From Oligoflexales bacterium (GTDB lineage: Bacteria; Bdellovibrionota_B; Oligoflexia; Oligoflexales; CAIYRB01), in contig JBGSUI010000059.1 in the NCBI GenBank assembly GCA_041736175.1, forward strand, positions 71,871 through 135,870: a stretch of 64,000 nucleotides of DNA, in the 5' to 3' direction. Shown here piece after piece: positions 42,184-52,041 of this stretch. The notes below the pieces were generated by a model. The model saw nothing but the letters and a program-made list of their open reading frames with translations, was not told the origin of the DNA and ran no database searches. The translations under genes and the position numbers were made by a program. Position 1 is the first letter of the stretch. Each line of letters starts with the position of its first letter.

Positions 42184-43617
42184 CTAGCTGCATCCTTTGG
42201 GTTTCGAAGCTTTCTTTTTATCATCGGGCATATCTTTAGCAAGGCTGTCGTAGGTGGTACAGAGTGTTTTGACCTGGGTTTTTTCGGTCTCTTCAAGTTT
42301 ATCAAAGGAAGCGGGGGTTATGGTGTTAGGATCGACAGCCTTACCGGTTTTGGATTCGATGATCTTTGCCATGGTCTGATTCGTTTGAGTTCCAACCTTT
42401 TCGGTAATTTTTTCGGTCATCTGGGTTTTTAGAGCTTTTGTTTGGGTCGACTGGGTAGCAGTCCCACCGATACTTTTGGCGATTTCATTGATCTTGCTCA
42501 TAATCTTGCTAAGTTGTTGCTTGACTCCAGGGGGTAATCCAGCAATCGCACCAAAAGCACCGTTGACCGAGCTTAGATCATTAAGGCATGCAGTGATCAT
42601 GGAGTTTGCATCGCTAGTATCAAAAACCTGGTCGAGAGCGTCTTTAAGGTCGGTGACGGCACCCACATACTTTAAGACATCTCCTGAAAATGAATTAAGT
42701 GCCTCTGATCCAGCTTGGATATTTGAGGAAGCCGATTCTGATGTATCAAAGAGTAGAACGGATTGGTACACAAGTGATTCGGCAAGATGGGCGATAGCCC
42801 AGAGGTAATGGGCCTTGGCGGCACTTCGACGAGGCTCAGAGGTGACAGCGCAATCAAAAGCTTTATATCGAGCACTATCGGCCCGGATCTCGGGATCATC
42901 GTTGACAAATCTACAAATTGTTTTGACCACTTTGTTCATCTTGCTAAGGACAAAAACCAGGTTACGTAGTTCTTCGTTGACTTTTTTAGGGACCAGTAAT
43001 TTATTACTATCCTTAAAGAGAGTCGATGACCCTTGAAATTCCTTTTCTTGAAGATTCTTAAAATCAACGTCAGTCAAGTTTAACAATCCACCTTGAAGCT
43101 TTTTAAGGGTCTCAGAGACATCACCAGAGGATTCTGATTCAGAGCTTGTTTGTAGCATATTTTGTGAATTTGTAGAAAAATGATCGAATAATTGGGTTAT
43201 CTCTTGGTCGACACGGGTCAACTTGGCAGAAGCTGAGCTGGAGGCAGCTTTGCAGCGAGACACGGAAGTTTTGCTAGCGGTTCCAGAAGTGTCTGATAGC
43301 TCGATTAGACAGGAAGCAACTCTGTAGGGGTCGAGGCCCCCTTGTGATAAGTAAATATATCCAAGGAGAATCGAAGCTTCTTCGTTATTTGGGCTTTTAG
43401 CAACAATTTTACTTGCGATTGATTCAGCTTCGTCGAACCGTCCTTGGTCGTAAGCGGACTTTGCTTCGGCCAAAAGGGAATCAGCGGCAGAATCTTTGCC
43501 CCAGATTTGGTTAAGATTTGTATCAGATCCGCAAGAAGTTAATGTTCCAGCCGTACAAGCTATCGACGGGATGAGTAGAAGTCCCATGAGACGCGCTGAT
43601 TTTACTTTAGGTTCCAT
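42184..43617 (-). CDS. Hypothetical lipoprotein with an N-terminal TPR-like repeat
   Basis: Lipobox LTSC; LLAEAKSAYDQGRFDEAESIASKIVAKSPNNEEASILLGYIY. Confidence 0.75.
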   Translation of the reverse strand: MEPKVKSARLMGLLLIPSIACTAGTLTSCGSDTNLNQIWGKDSAADSLLAEAKSAYDQGRFDEAESIASKIVAKSPNNEEASILLGYIYLSQGGLDPYRVASCLIELSDTSGTASKTSVSRCKAASSSASAKLTRVDQEITQLFDHFSTNSQNMLQTSSESESSGDVSETLKKLQGGLLNLTDVDFKNLQEKEFQGSSTLFKDSNKLLVPKKVNEELRNLVFVLSKMNKVVKTICRFVNDDPEIRADSARYKAFDCAVTSEPRRSAAKAHYLWAIAHLAESLVYQSVLLFDTSESASSNIQAGSEALNSFSGDVLKYVGAVTDLKDALDQVFDTSDANSMITACLNDLSSVNGAFGAIAGLPPGVKQQLSKIMSKINEIAKSIGGTATQSTQTKALKTQMTEKITEKVGTQTNQTMAKIIESKTGKAVDPNTITPASFDKLEETEKTQVKTLCTTYDSLAKDMPDDKKKASKPKGCS

Positions 43618-43643
43618 TCTTATTCTCCGTATATAGGTGTTGG

Positions 43644-43931
43644 CTAATCGGCCATAAAGACTAGGTCTTCGTTATCTTCAGTCATATGAAAACGGTCTTT
43701 CAGGATTTTTTTCGCGTATTGAGGTGAAGTTTTTATATTTAAAACTTCGATTTCAATATTTTTATTTTCATTTTTTAATTCATGGGTAGCTTGTTGGAGT
43801 TCGGTCAGGCTTTTTTTAAGCTCAAAATAGCGCAAAGTGTCCACTGATCCTCTGACGATACCAATGGTAAGCAGTCCCAGAAAAGAAAAGCAAACAGCGG
43901 AAAAAAATTTATTAAGTAAGTGGGGATTCAT
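43644..43931 (-). CDS. ftsB: Septum formation initiator FtsB/DivIC family protein
   Basis: TM plus leucine zipper (LKNENKNIEIEVLNIKTSPQY..ILKDRFHMTEDNE). Confidence 0.75.
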   Translation of the reverse strand: MNPHLLNKFFSAVCFSFLGLLTIGIVRGSVDTLRYFELKKSLTELQQATHELKNENKNIEIEVLNIKTSPQYAKKILKDRFHMTEDNEDLVFMAD

Positions 43932-44316
43932 GGCAAGTTTCGTTTTAACTTAAAAGATGTGAATTAAAAAAGAATCTAACATTAGTTTACAGCGACTCGC
44001 GAAATTCGCAAAGGAAGGACCAGACAGTTCATTGAGCGGTATAAACTTGATCATCACCAGCAGCAATTGAGTTTGGCAAAGAATTAGAGGTAATTATTAG
44101 GAAAAATAGCTGTTTATAAGATTATATTCCCGATAATTTTTGCAAATAGCCAAAGGTTACGAATGTTAAGAGCCTCGGGAAATGCAGCCGATCACGCAGC
44201 TGAATGAACCCTGGAAAAGCAGCCTAAATGACCGCCCACTTCAAAAGTCGAGTTTGGCCCACTGTAGATTCATTTTTTCAAGGAAAATAGATAGTTGATT
44301 TCAATATTAAAGTTTT

Positions 44317-44345
44317 TTGACCATTATACCGAATAGTGGTATAAC
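44317..44345 (+). promoter_or_regulatory. Sigma70-type promoter of higBA overlapped by a palindromic operator
   Basis: TTGACC-N17-TATAAC with extended -10 TG; TTATACC-N7-GGTATAA inverted repeat at 44324-44344. Confidence 0.8.
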
Positions 44346-44364
44346 AATTTGGGAGGGTAGAATC

Positions 44365-44679
44365 CTGATTGAAAACTTCCGAACCGGTGGTGGCGGTAAA
44401 ATAGCAGAAGATATCTGGAATAATGGTACCTCAAATAAATTGCCCGATAAAGAGCACTGTATGAGGGCCAAAGCTTTGCTTCAGATAATGAATGCAACTA
44501 ATTCTTTAAGTGACTTGGAATCCAAAGCACATCCACCCGATATCAGGGTGCATTCTTTGAAGGGTGATCGAAAAGGTCAGACTGCAATCGACATCAGCAA
44601 GATCAGCGGGTGGCGTATTGTTTTTAACTGGAAAAATTATGTTTTTCATGATGTTGAGATAGTAAATTACCATAATTGA
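44365..44679 (+). CDS. higB: HigB/RelE-family toxin
   Basis: SLSDL...PPDIRVHSLKGDRKGQTAIDI...WRIVFNW...DVEIVNYH; toxin-first order. Proposed CTG start at 44365. Confidence 0.88.
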   Translation: MIENFRTGGGGKIAEDIWNNGTSNKLPDKEHCMRAKALLQIMNATNSLSDLESKAHPPDIRVHSLKGDRKGQTAIDISKISGWRIVFNWKNYVFHDVEIVNYHN

Positions 44680-44692
44680 AAAGGGAATTCTT

Positions 44693-45064
44693 ATGCCCAT
44701 TAAGACACCAAACCATATATTGCACCCAGGCGAGGTCCTTGCTGAAATTTATATGAAAGACCGGGTGCTGAATCAGTCGACCTTAGCCAAACATCTGGGG
44801 TGTCAGGCGCGTAAGATCAACGAGATTGTGAACGGTAAACGAGCCATTACACCCGAGTTTGCTCTGCAGCTCGCCGAGTTCTTTAATACTACGCCAGAAA
44901 TGTGGGTTAGGATGCAGGCCGAGTATGATCTGATTGTCGTCAAAAAAAAGCTAGAAATTGGTGCAGTCGTCACCAAGGCACCTAAGAAAAAGACAGCCAA
45001 AAGAAAGCCAAAAAATGCTTCACAATCACCCGCACCAACCAAACTTGTAGCTATGGGCCGTTGA
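44693..45064 (+). CDS. higA: HigA (Xre-HTH) antitoxin
   Basis: HPGEVL, INEIVNGKRAITPEFALQLAEFFNTTPEMWVRMQAEYDL. Confidence 0.93.
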   Translation: MPIKTPNHILHPGEVLAEIYMKDRVLNQSTLAKHLGCQARKINEIVNGKRAITPEFALQLAEFFNTTPEMWVRMQAEYDLIVVKKKLEIGAVVTKAPKKKTAKRKPKNASQSPAPTKLVAMGR

Positions 45065-45283
45065 TGTCCTTCTAAGGTCTGCGACTAAAGCCTAGCCTCA
45101 AAGGCTTGCTTAATTCGCCATAGCAAGACTAAACAGAAATGAGGCGGAATAAAACTTGCTAGGTACCACCTTGGTTTGAGTTTCGTAAAGTATTTGTCGG
45201 AATTATTGGGAAAAGATCTGTTTAAAAGAATATACTGTTAATAAATTTGGCAAATATCCAAAGTTTATACAGGGGAGTAGCGT

Positions 45284-45478
45284 ATGCCTAAGAAGCAAAA
45301 GAGAATATTTAGTTTTGATGTAGAGGCTTTGAAAGAACGGATCGATTCGGCAAAACAAGCAACAATAGATAAGATTACCGAAGGGCGGAATTTGGCGATT
45401 GGCGGCCTCCTAGGAAAAGGCATCGAGCTATCGAAAAAGCAATTAGAAGCACTAGAGAAAGCTAAGGAGAAGTTTTAA
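45284..45478 (+). CDS. Small hypothetical helical protein
   Basis: 64 aa, GGGGAG RBS before ATG, fills an otherwise empty interval. Confidence 0.65.
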   Translation: MPKKQKRIFSFDVEALKERIDSAKQATIDKITEGRNLAIGGLLGKGIELSKKQLEALEKAKEKF

Positions 45479-45519
45479 GAGGCGACCGGTCCAAATCGAG
45501 GTCAAAATACCGGCTCAAT

Positions 45520-47661
45520 CTAGAGAGCCTGGTCCAAATGGTGGGCCAAGACCTTGCGAAGACCCCACTCTTGAAAGCGAACCACAAGTTTTTGATTCCC
45601 AAGTTCTAACAGGATCTCTTCGATAACCCCCCGTCCATAGGTGGGGTGTTTAACTTTTTTCCCGAGGAAAAGGTGACCAGGAGCAGCGCCGTGTGTGGAC
45701 GAGCAAGAATCATCGATTGAATAGGTGATTTGACTGGATGGCGTTTTAATTTGGTTCATATAGCAACTGGGGATTTCCGTCAGAAACCGCGAAGGACGGT
45801 TAGAGGTCCACTGGGCATATTGACGCCTTTTTTTGGCAGCCAAAATCGATAGCTTGACCTTGGCTCGGGTCATCCCCACATATAGGAGGCGTCGCTCTTC
45901 TTCAAGCGCTTCGTCGTTGCCAAGATTGCTTCGATGGGGTAACAGGCCTTCTTCTAGCCCCGCAATAAAGACACGGTCAAATTCTAGGCCCTTTGCCATA
46001 TGGAGGGTCATCAAGGAGATGCCACCCTTTTGTCCTTCGGAGAGACTACTCAAGGTGACAGACTGCAGCCATTCAGCGATGGTCGCCTGGGGATTTTGGT
46101 CACCAAAATCAGCCAGGGCCGAGCCCAACTCGTGGATGTTTTCCAACTTGTCCTGTGCTTGGTCAGTGTGTTTTTTAGCGACATAGTCAGCATAGTTTAT
46201 TTTAGATACCAAAGTCTCAACGGTCTTTTCCAGAGGTAACGACAAAACATCTTTTTTGAGTGACTCAAGGAGTTTTAAAAACTCTACAATCTTTGGACTC
46301 GCTTTTGGGTGGTTTTCTCCAGCCATTTGCTCTAGGGTTTTAAGAAATGGGAGGCCCCTTTTAACAGCTTCTAACTCCACTGTTTCTTCGGTTTTTTTGC
46401 CTAGACCTCGTATGGGTACATTAAAGATTCGTTTGGCACTGACATCATCTTGGGGATTAATGATAACCCTAAGGTAAGCGATGAGATCTTTGATTTCCGC
46501 ACGATCATAAAATCTCACGGTTCCATAGATCTGGTAAGGTATACTGGCTCGAAGCAGAGTGTCTTCGATCATTCGAGACTGGCTGTTAGTACGATAAAAG
46601 ACGGCGATTTGATCATAGGAGAATTGCGCTATTTGGGTTTTAATCCGATCAACAATCCACCATGCTTCCAATTCGTTGTCATCTTCGATACACAAATCGA
46701 TAGATTCTCCAGGCGGATTTTGCGTGAACAGCTTTTTAGCTACCCGTACTTTGTTTTTAGAAATCATCTCTCGAGCGGCATCGACAATTGTAGAAGAGCA
46801 CCGGTAGTTTTGTTCGAGGGTGATTTTTTTTGATTTTGCGTAGACACTATCGAAATCGATGATGTTAGACGGCAAGGCGCCGCGCCAGCTGTAGATGGAC
46901 TGATCATCGTCACCGACGACAAAGAGATTTTGATGTTTATCGACAAGGGTCGAAATAAGCTCAAATTGTGCCCGATTGGTGTCTTGATACTCATCAACTA
47001 AAATGTATTGATATTTGTTTTGGAGGGCTTCCCGTACCCGCTGGTTATAGCGAAACAGAAGCAAGATGTTCATAATAAGGTCGCCAAAGTCCATGGCGTT
47101 ACACTGGCAGAGGTACTCTTGATATTTTCGATAGACTTGAAGCCCAACAGGAGGCAACAGAAAGCTATATTCCTCCGCTAGTCGATTGTCATTGGGGAGA
47201 AAAGCCTTGGTTTTAACAGCATTGATCGCCGCACGGTAGGTTTTAACAGTGGTTTCATCATCGAGTTTGATATTGAGATCATTGAGGACGGCTTTGAGTG
47301 CTGAAAGAGAGTCGTTTTCGTCGTAGATCGTAAAGTCACTGGTATAGCCTAGCTCTTGGGCAAACTCCCTAAGCCAGCGGGCGCAGGCTGAATGAAAGGT
47401 GGAGATGTGACATCTGCTACCCAATGGCGTCAGACTTTCTACCCTGGTGCGCATCTCAGCAGCAGCTTTGTTGGTAAAAGTCACTGCTAAAATTGCCTGA
47501 GGAGGTACTCCTCTTTCGAGCAGATAGGCGATGCGATGGGTGATGATACGGGTTTTACCACTCCCCGCTCCCGCAAAGACCACCATAGGACCGTCAATAT
47601 GAGAAGCAGCCAGTTTTTGGACCTCATCAAGCCCACTAAGAATGCTTTTGAGTTGGGTCAC
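45520..47661 (-). CDS. uvrD: UvrD/PcrA superfamily 1 DNA helicase
   Basis: AGAGSGKT, DEYQD, VGDDDQSIYSWRGA, KGLEF, EEERRLLYVGMTRA. Confidence 0.96.
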   Translation of the reverse strand: MTQLKSILSGLDEVQKLAASHIDGPMVVFAGAGSGKTRIITHRIAYLLERGVPPQAILAVTFTNKAAAEMRTRVESLTPLGSRCHISTFHSACARWLREFAQELGYTSDFTIYDENDSLSALKAVLNDLNIKLDDETTVKTYRAAINAVKTKAFLPNDNRLAEEYSFLLPPVGLQVYRKYQEYLCQCNAMDFGDLIMNILLLFRYNQRVREALQNKYQYILVDEYQDTNRAQFELISTLVDKHQNLFVVGDDDQSIYSWRGALPSNIIDFDSVYAKSKKITLEQNYRCSSTIVDAAREMISKNKVRVAKKLFTQNPPGESIDLCIEDDNELEAWWIVDRIKTQIAQFSYDQIAVFYRTNSQSRMIEDTLLRASIPYQIYGTVRFYDRAEIKDLIAYLRVIINPQDDVSAKRIFNVPIRGLGKKTEETVELEAVKRGLPFLKTLEQMAGENHPKASPKIVEFLKLLESLKKDVLSLPLEKTVETLVSKINYADYVAKKHTDQAQDKLENIHELGSALADFGDQNPQATIAEWLQSVTLSSLSEGQKGGISLMTLHMAKGLEFDRVFIAGLEEGLLPHRSNLGNDEALEEERRLLYVGMTRAKVKLSILAAKKRRQYAQWTSNRPSRFLTEIPSCYMNQIKTPSSQITYSIDDSCSSTHGAAPGHLFLGKKVKHPTYGRGVIEEILLELGNQKLVVRFQEWGLRKVLAHHLDQAL

Positions 47662-47893
47662 AAAAAATCCTCATATTGTTAGAAAGGTGTTTTTTAGGTC
47701 TTACTTAGAAGTGATGACAGGCGCACCAAGAGTGCTACAAGCGCTCAAAATACCAAGTCATATTCCACTTAGTCCTTAAAATAAAGCTTTTTCTGACCGC
47801 CAGCCTTTTGGATTTTCTGATAGATGTTTTCTAAGGAGTTAAGATAGGGTATTTTAAGATTTTAATTCTATCAAGCTCGTCCCAAAAATAGAT

Positions 47894-49039
47894 ATGTCAA
47901 AAAGAGGGGTGTCGATGGGCCTAAACCAAAGCCAAACCCACAAATCGTTTGGACCAAGGGTGGCGGCAATCGTCCTTGCTGCTGGCCAAGGTACGAGAAT
48001 GAAAAGTTCTACCCCTAAAGTTCTCCATAACATAGCCGGCAGGTCTATGATCTTGTGGGTTTTGGATGCCTTGGAGCAGTCTGGGATTGAGAGATTCGTT
48101 TTGGTCACGAGCCCAATTCAAGCAGCGGAAATGTCGACAAAAATCTCAATGATTGAGGGAGCAAGCCAAAAGACGATATGTATCCAAAAACAGCCCAGGG
48201 GTACCGGTGATGCTGTGGCGAGCGCGGCACAAGGCTTCAAGGCCGTGCAGCCCCCTTCCTATACCCAAGGGGAGCTGTACCAAGGACAGTCTGTAGCTGC
48301 TGAATTCGTCCTTTTATGTGCAGGAGATACCCCCTGTCTGGCACCTGAGGAACTCAAGAGATTTATTGAATCATCGATGGATAAAGACCTCCAAGTCTTG
48401 GCCATGCAGGTATCTCATCCCTACGGGTACGGTCGGCTTGTGACGGAAGGAGATAAACTTGTTGCTATCACAGAAGAAAAAGATTGTAGTCCTTTAGAAA
48501 AACAAATCCAGTGGGTCAATACTGGGATCTATTGTGTTCGAACCAACCTGCTTTTTGAGTGGCTCGAATCTGTAAAGCCGGAAAATGCGCAGAAAGAGTA
48601 CTATCTCACGGACATTGTTAAAGTGGCGCTCAATCAGACTGTGAGAAAGAATCGAGTTGGTTGGGCCAAAGCAGAAGTCGTAGAAAACTATGGAGGGGTT
48701 AATGACCGGGTTCAATTAGCAGAGGCCGAAAAGATCCTCGTTCAGAGACTTAGAAAAAGCCATATGATGCATGGGGTCCGGTTTTTGTTGCCGGAAACTG
48801 TTTATATCGATCATGGAACTAAGATCGGCCCTGATTCAGAAATTGGATCGGGATGTGCTCTCATCGGTAAGACAGAAATCGGCATCAAAACCGAGATCGG
48901 GCATAACGTGTCCCTTCGATCTGTTAGAATAGGCAACCAATGTAAAATAGGTGACGGGTGCGTCTTGGAAAAAATAACAATAGCCGATGGTGAATGGGTA
49001 CCCCCAGGAACTATAAGGATTGGTTCAGGAGGTTTTTAA
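47894..49039 (+). CDS. glmU: GlmU-like uridyltransferase with shortened left-handed beta-helix (LbH) domain
   Basis: LAAGQGTRMKS..PKVLH, GYGR, NTGIY, EYYLTD, GVNDRVQL; about 75 aa of hexapeptide repeats; upstream of glmS. Confidence 0.88.
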   Translation: MSKRGVSMGLNQSQTHKSFGPRVAAIVLAAGQGTRMKSSTPKVLHNIAGRSMILWVLDALEQSGIERFVLVTSPIQAAEMSTKISMIEGASQKTICIQKQPRGTGDAVASAAQGFKAVQPPSYTQGELYQGQSVAAEFVLLCAGDTPCLAPEELKRFIESSMDKDLQVLAMQVSHPYGYGRLVTEGDKLVAITEEKDCSPLEKQIQWVNTGIYCVRTNLLFEWLESVKPENAQKEYYLTDIVKVALNQTVRKNRVGWAKAEVVENYGGVNDRVQLAEAEKILVQRLRKSHMMHGVRFLLPETVYIDHGTKIGPDSEIGSGCALIGKTEIGIKTEIGHNVSLRSVRIGNQCKIGDGCVLEKITIADGEWVPPGTIRIGSGGF

Positions 49040-49041
49040 AT

Positions 49042-50874
49042 ATGTGTGGAATTGTGGGATATGTGGGCCGTAGAAGCTGTATCGATATCGTTTATGACGG
49101 TTTAGCAAAGCTCGAGTACCGTGGCTATGATTCAGCTGGGATAGCGGTGGTCCGCGGTAGAGAGTTAGGGATTGTAAAGGCTGAAGGCAAGTTAGAAAAA
49201 CTAAAACCACGACTCCAAGAACTACCAGCTGCGGCAACCCGTGGGATTGGCCATACCAGGTGGGCAACTCATGGTATCCCTAGTACGACCAATGCCCACC
49301 CCCATAGTTCGGGAAAAGTAGCTCTCGTCCACAATGGAATTATTGAGAACTATTTAGAACTGAAAGCAGAGTTAACAAAAAAAGGTGCGGCTTTTGTTTC
49401 TGAAACAGACACCGAAGTCATTCTTCATTTATTTGTTAACGAACTTATGATCGACCAAGACGCACTTAAGGCAATTCGCCGCATGATTCCCCAACTCAAA
49501 GGAGCTTTCTCAATAGGGATCCTCGTTGGTGATGAAGAAGATACCCTCTATGGAGTTAAGCAGGGGTCGCCGCTTGTCATAGGTAAAGGTCGGGGTGAGA
49601 ATTTTTTTGCGAGTGACGCTATGGCATTGGTGGCTCATACCCAGAGAGCGCACTTTTTGGCAGATGGCGAAATCGTCAAGCTCACTCCGGATTCGATAGA
49701 ACTTTTTAATTTTGCTGGACAGTCCGTGACTCCACACTTTCACGAAATTGAACTATCTAGTGCAAGTGTCGAAAAACTGGGATTTAGACATTTTATGCTC
49801 AAGGAAATTCACGAGCAACCTCGTGTGATTTCGTCCATGATCAAAAGAATTGTGGATATCCATCATGGAACCATAAGTTTAGAAGCTTTGGGCCTCCAAA
49901 ATCTAGATTTCCAGCGCATTACCAACATAACGATGGTCGCCTGTGGTACGGCCTATTATTCGGCTTTAGCTGGTGAATATGTCTTGGAATCCTACGGTGG
50001 TCTACCCGTGAGCGTAGAGTTGGCAAGCGAGTTTAGGTATAGAAGTCCATGGGTCAGTCGCGAGACATTGGTGATCGCTGTTTCCCAATCCGGAGAGACA
50101 GCAGATACTCTAGCTTCTGTAAAATATGCAAAAGCATTGGGGTGCCAAGTGATGAGTGTCTGCAATGTAAAGATGTCATCGATTCCTAGGGAGTGTGAAG
50201 CTACACTCTATATGGATGCTGGGCCAGAAATCGGTGTCGCCTCGACTAAGGCATTTACGGCGATGTTGCTTTCCCATTATCTGATTGCCCTAGCAATCGG
50301 TCTAAAAAAAGGTCATATCAGCTCCAGTCTCTCGGCAGAGCTGGTTGAGAAATTACGGATGTTACCTGCGCTCATGGATCATGCGGTGGATAGTAAAGTT
50401 CATATTGAGCAGATCGTCGACAAATACTATGAGAGTTCTCATTTTATTTTTATTGGAAGAGGGCTTAACTATCCTCTGGCTCTTGAGGGAGCTCTTAAAC
50501 TCAAAGAGATCTCCTATATTCATGCAGAAGGGTATGCTGGGGGAGAGCTCAAACACGGGCCCATTGCCCTTGTGGATGCCCATTTACCTTTAGTAGCGAT
50601 CGCACCAAAAGATCTCTATTACGAGAAGATGTTGTCAAATATTGAAGAGGTCAAAGCCCGTCGAGGCCAAGTGATCGCCCTAGGGGGTCATCACGACCAG
50701 CGACTGAGATCCATAGCAGATAGTTATTTGCCTATTCCAGAGATTGATGAACCCATGTTCCAATCGATTCTTTCAGTGATTCCACTCCAATTGTTGGCCT
50801 ACTATATAGCCGTCAAAAGAGGAACCGATGTGGATCAACCACGAAATCTAGCAAAATCGGTTACTGTTGAATAG
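49042..50874 (+). CDS. glmS: Glutamine--fructose-6-phosphate aminotransferase
   Basis: MCGIVG at 49042 after AGGAGG, LEYRGYDSAG, GHTRWATHG, PRNLAKSVTVE. Confidence 0.98.
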   Translation: MCGIVGYVGRRSCIDIVYDGLAKLEYRGYDSAGIAVVRGRELGIVKAEGKLEKLKPRLQELPAAATRGIGHTRWATHGIPSTTNAHPHSSGKVALVHNGIIENYLELKAELTKKGAAFVSETDTEVILHLFVNELMIDQDALKAIRRMIPQLKGAFSIGILVGDEEDTLYGVKQGSPLVIGKGRGENFFASDAMALVAHTQRAHFLADGEIVKLTPDSIELFNFAGQSVTPHFHEIELSSASVEKLGFRHFMLKEIHEQPRVISSMIKRIVDIHHGTISLEALGLQNLDFQRITNITMVACGTAYYSALAGEYVLESYGGLPVSVELASEFRYRSPWVSRETLVIAVSQSGETADTLASVKYAKALGCQVMSVCNVKMSSIPRECEATLYMDAGPEIGVASTKAFTAMLLSHYLIALAIGLKKGHISSSLSAELVEKLRMLPALMDHAVDSKVHIEQIVDKYYESSHFIFIGRGLNYPLALEGALKLKEISYIHAEGYAGGELKHGPIALVDAHLPLVAIAPKDLYYEKMLSNIEEVKARRGQVIALGGHHDQRLRSIADSYLPIPEIDEPMFQSILSVIPLQLLAYYIAVKRGTDVDQPRNLAKSVTVE

Positions 50875-51922
50875 AGACTGGCTTTGTTTGTGTGTCCCAA
50901 GACTTAATGGTTTCGTCTAGGGAGGCGGTCACCAGGCCGCCCGACGGATCCGTTTTAATATCCACCACAGCACCTGTGTGGCCGATGGATAGAAACTCGG
51001 GGCTTCCCGTTCTAATATTAAAGAGTGTGACGCTATAGTCGAGTTGATCGGGTCCTAGCACCGTCGGTGGCGGCTTACCTCCAACTAGAGCTAGTCGGTG
51101 TTCGTCCATGGCGCTTATTTTAGTCACGGTAGCCTTAAGTCCATAAAACTTTCTTAATAATTTGCCATTTTTTAGACTCCAGATACGAATATAATGGTCG
51201 GCGGAGGCGGTAGCGACCCATTGGGTCTGAGGCGAAAAAGTCAACGAAGTGACCCAGCCTTTATGGCCTTGGAGAACCCAAAGGGGGGAGCTAGAGGGCT
51301 GGGGCTTAACCAGCCAAACTGCAGCAGAATAATCATCGCTGGCAGTGGCTAAATAGCGGTTGTCAGGAGAAAAACTGAGTTCGTTAAGGGCTCCAGAGTG
51401 GATTTGGGAGCGAAAAATCATTTGGCCGGATTTTGAATCCCAGACGTTAAGTGAGCCACTGAAATCCCCAGCCGCCGCCATCTGACCATCTGGGCTCATC
51501 GCCACAGCCGTGATTCCCCGGTCCAATCCGGGCAAATGAAGGTCTTTGGTTTTTGTTTCGAGGTTCCAGAGGCTGACCTGTCCATCAGCGGTACCAATGA
51601 TAGCGTTTTGGCCAGCGGAGTCGATATCAAGGGCTGTAGCGGGTTGGTCTAGGTTGTTGATCGACCATAGGGGCTTCCCGCTTTTTGCATCCCAAGCCCG
51701 CACTGAGCGGTCTAGTCCGGCAGAAAGCACGATTTTATGACCGAGAGAGACGGTTGTGAGCTGGTCTGAATGGAGGTCTAAACTCAATCCGGAAGGATTT
51801 AAGGGTTTAGTTATATTAAGATCCTCTAGAGCAGAGGGGGGCCCTTGGTGGCAGCCGCAAAGGAAAGTTAGGACGCTGGTTCCACAAAACAGAAGGTCTT
51901 TTTTAAAAGAGAAATGTAGCAT
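50861..51922 (-). CDS. WD40-repeat putative lipoprotein
   Basis: FLCGC; repeated GH...SP...ATAS.D...IW units. Confidence 0.88.
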   Translation of the reverse strand: MLHFSFKKDLLFCGTSVLTFLCGCHQGPPSALEDLNITKPLNPSGLSLDLHSDQLTTVSLGHKIVLSAGLDRSVRAWDAKSGKPLWSINNLDQPATALDIDSAGQNAIIGTADGQVSLWNLETKTKDLHLPGLDRGITAVAMSPDGQMAAAGDFSGSLNVWDSKSGQMIFRSQIHSGALNELSFSPDNRYLATASDDYSAAVWLVKPQPSSSPLWVLQGHKGWVTSLTFSPQTQWVATASADHYIRIWSLKNGKLLRKFYGLKATVTKISAMDEHRLALVGGKPPPTVLGPDQLDYSVTLFNIRTGSPEFLSIGHTGAVVDIKTDPSGGLVTASLDETIKSWDTQTKPVSIQQ

Positions 51923-52041
51923 ATATTTTTATCATCGATGATGATCTCCCAAATGTCAAAAATTGCTAGGTGTGTTATGAACTAAAGCTCAGCCAAGATG
52001 CGGCTGAAGAATTCAGAATCCAAAGCAAGAATGGGTCTTTT

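Noticed and set aside
49000..49042. glmS ribozyme
   Set aside because: glmS is tightly coupled to glmU, leaving no leader.
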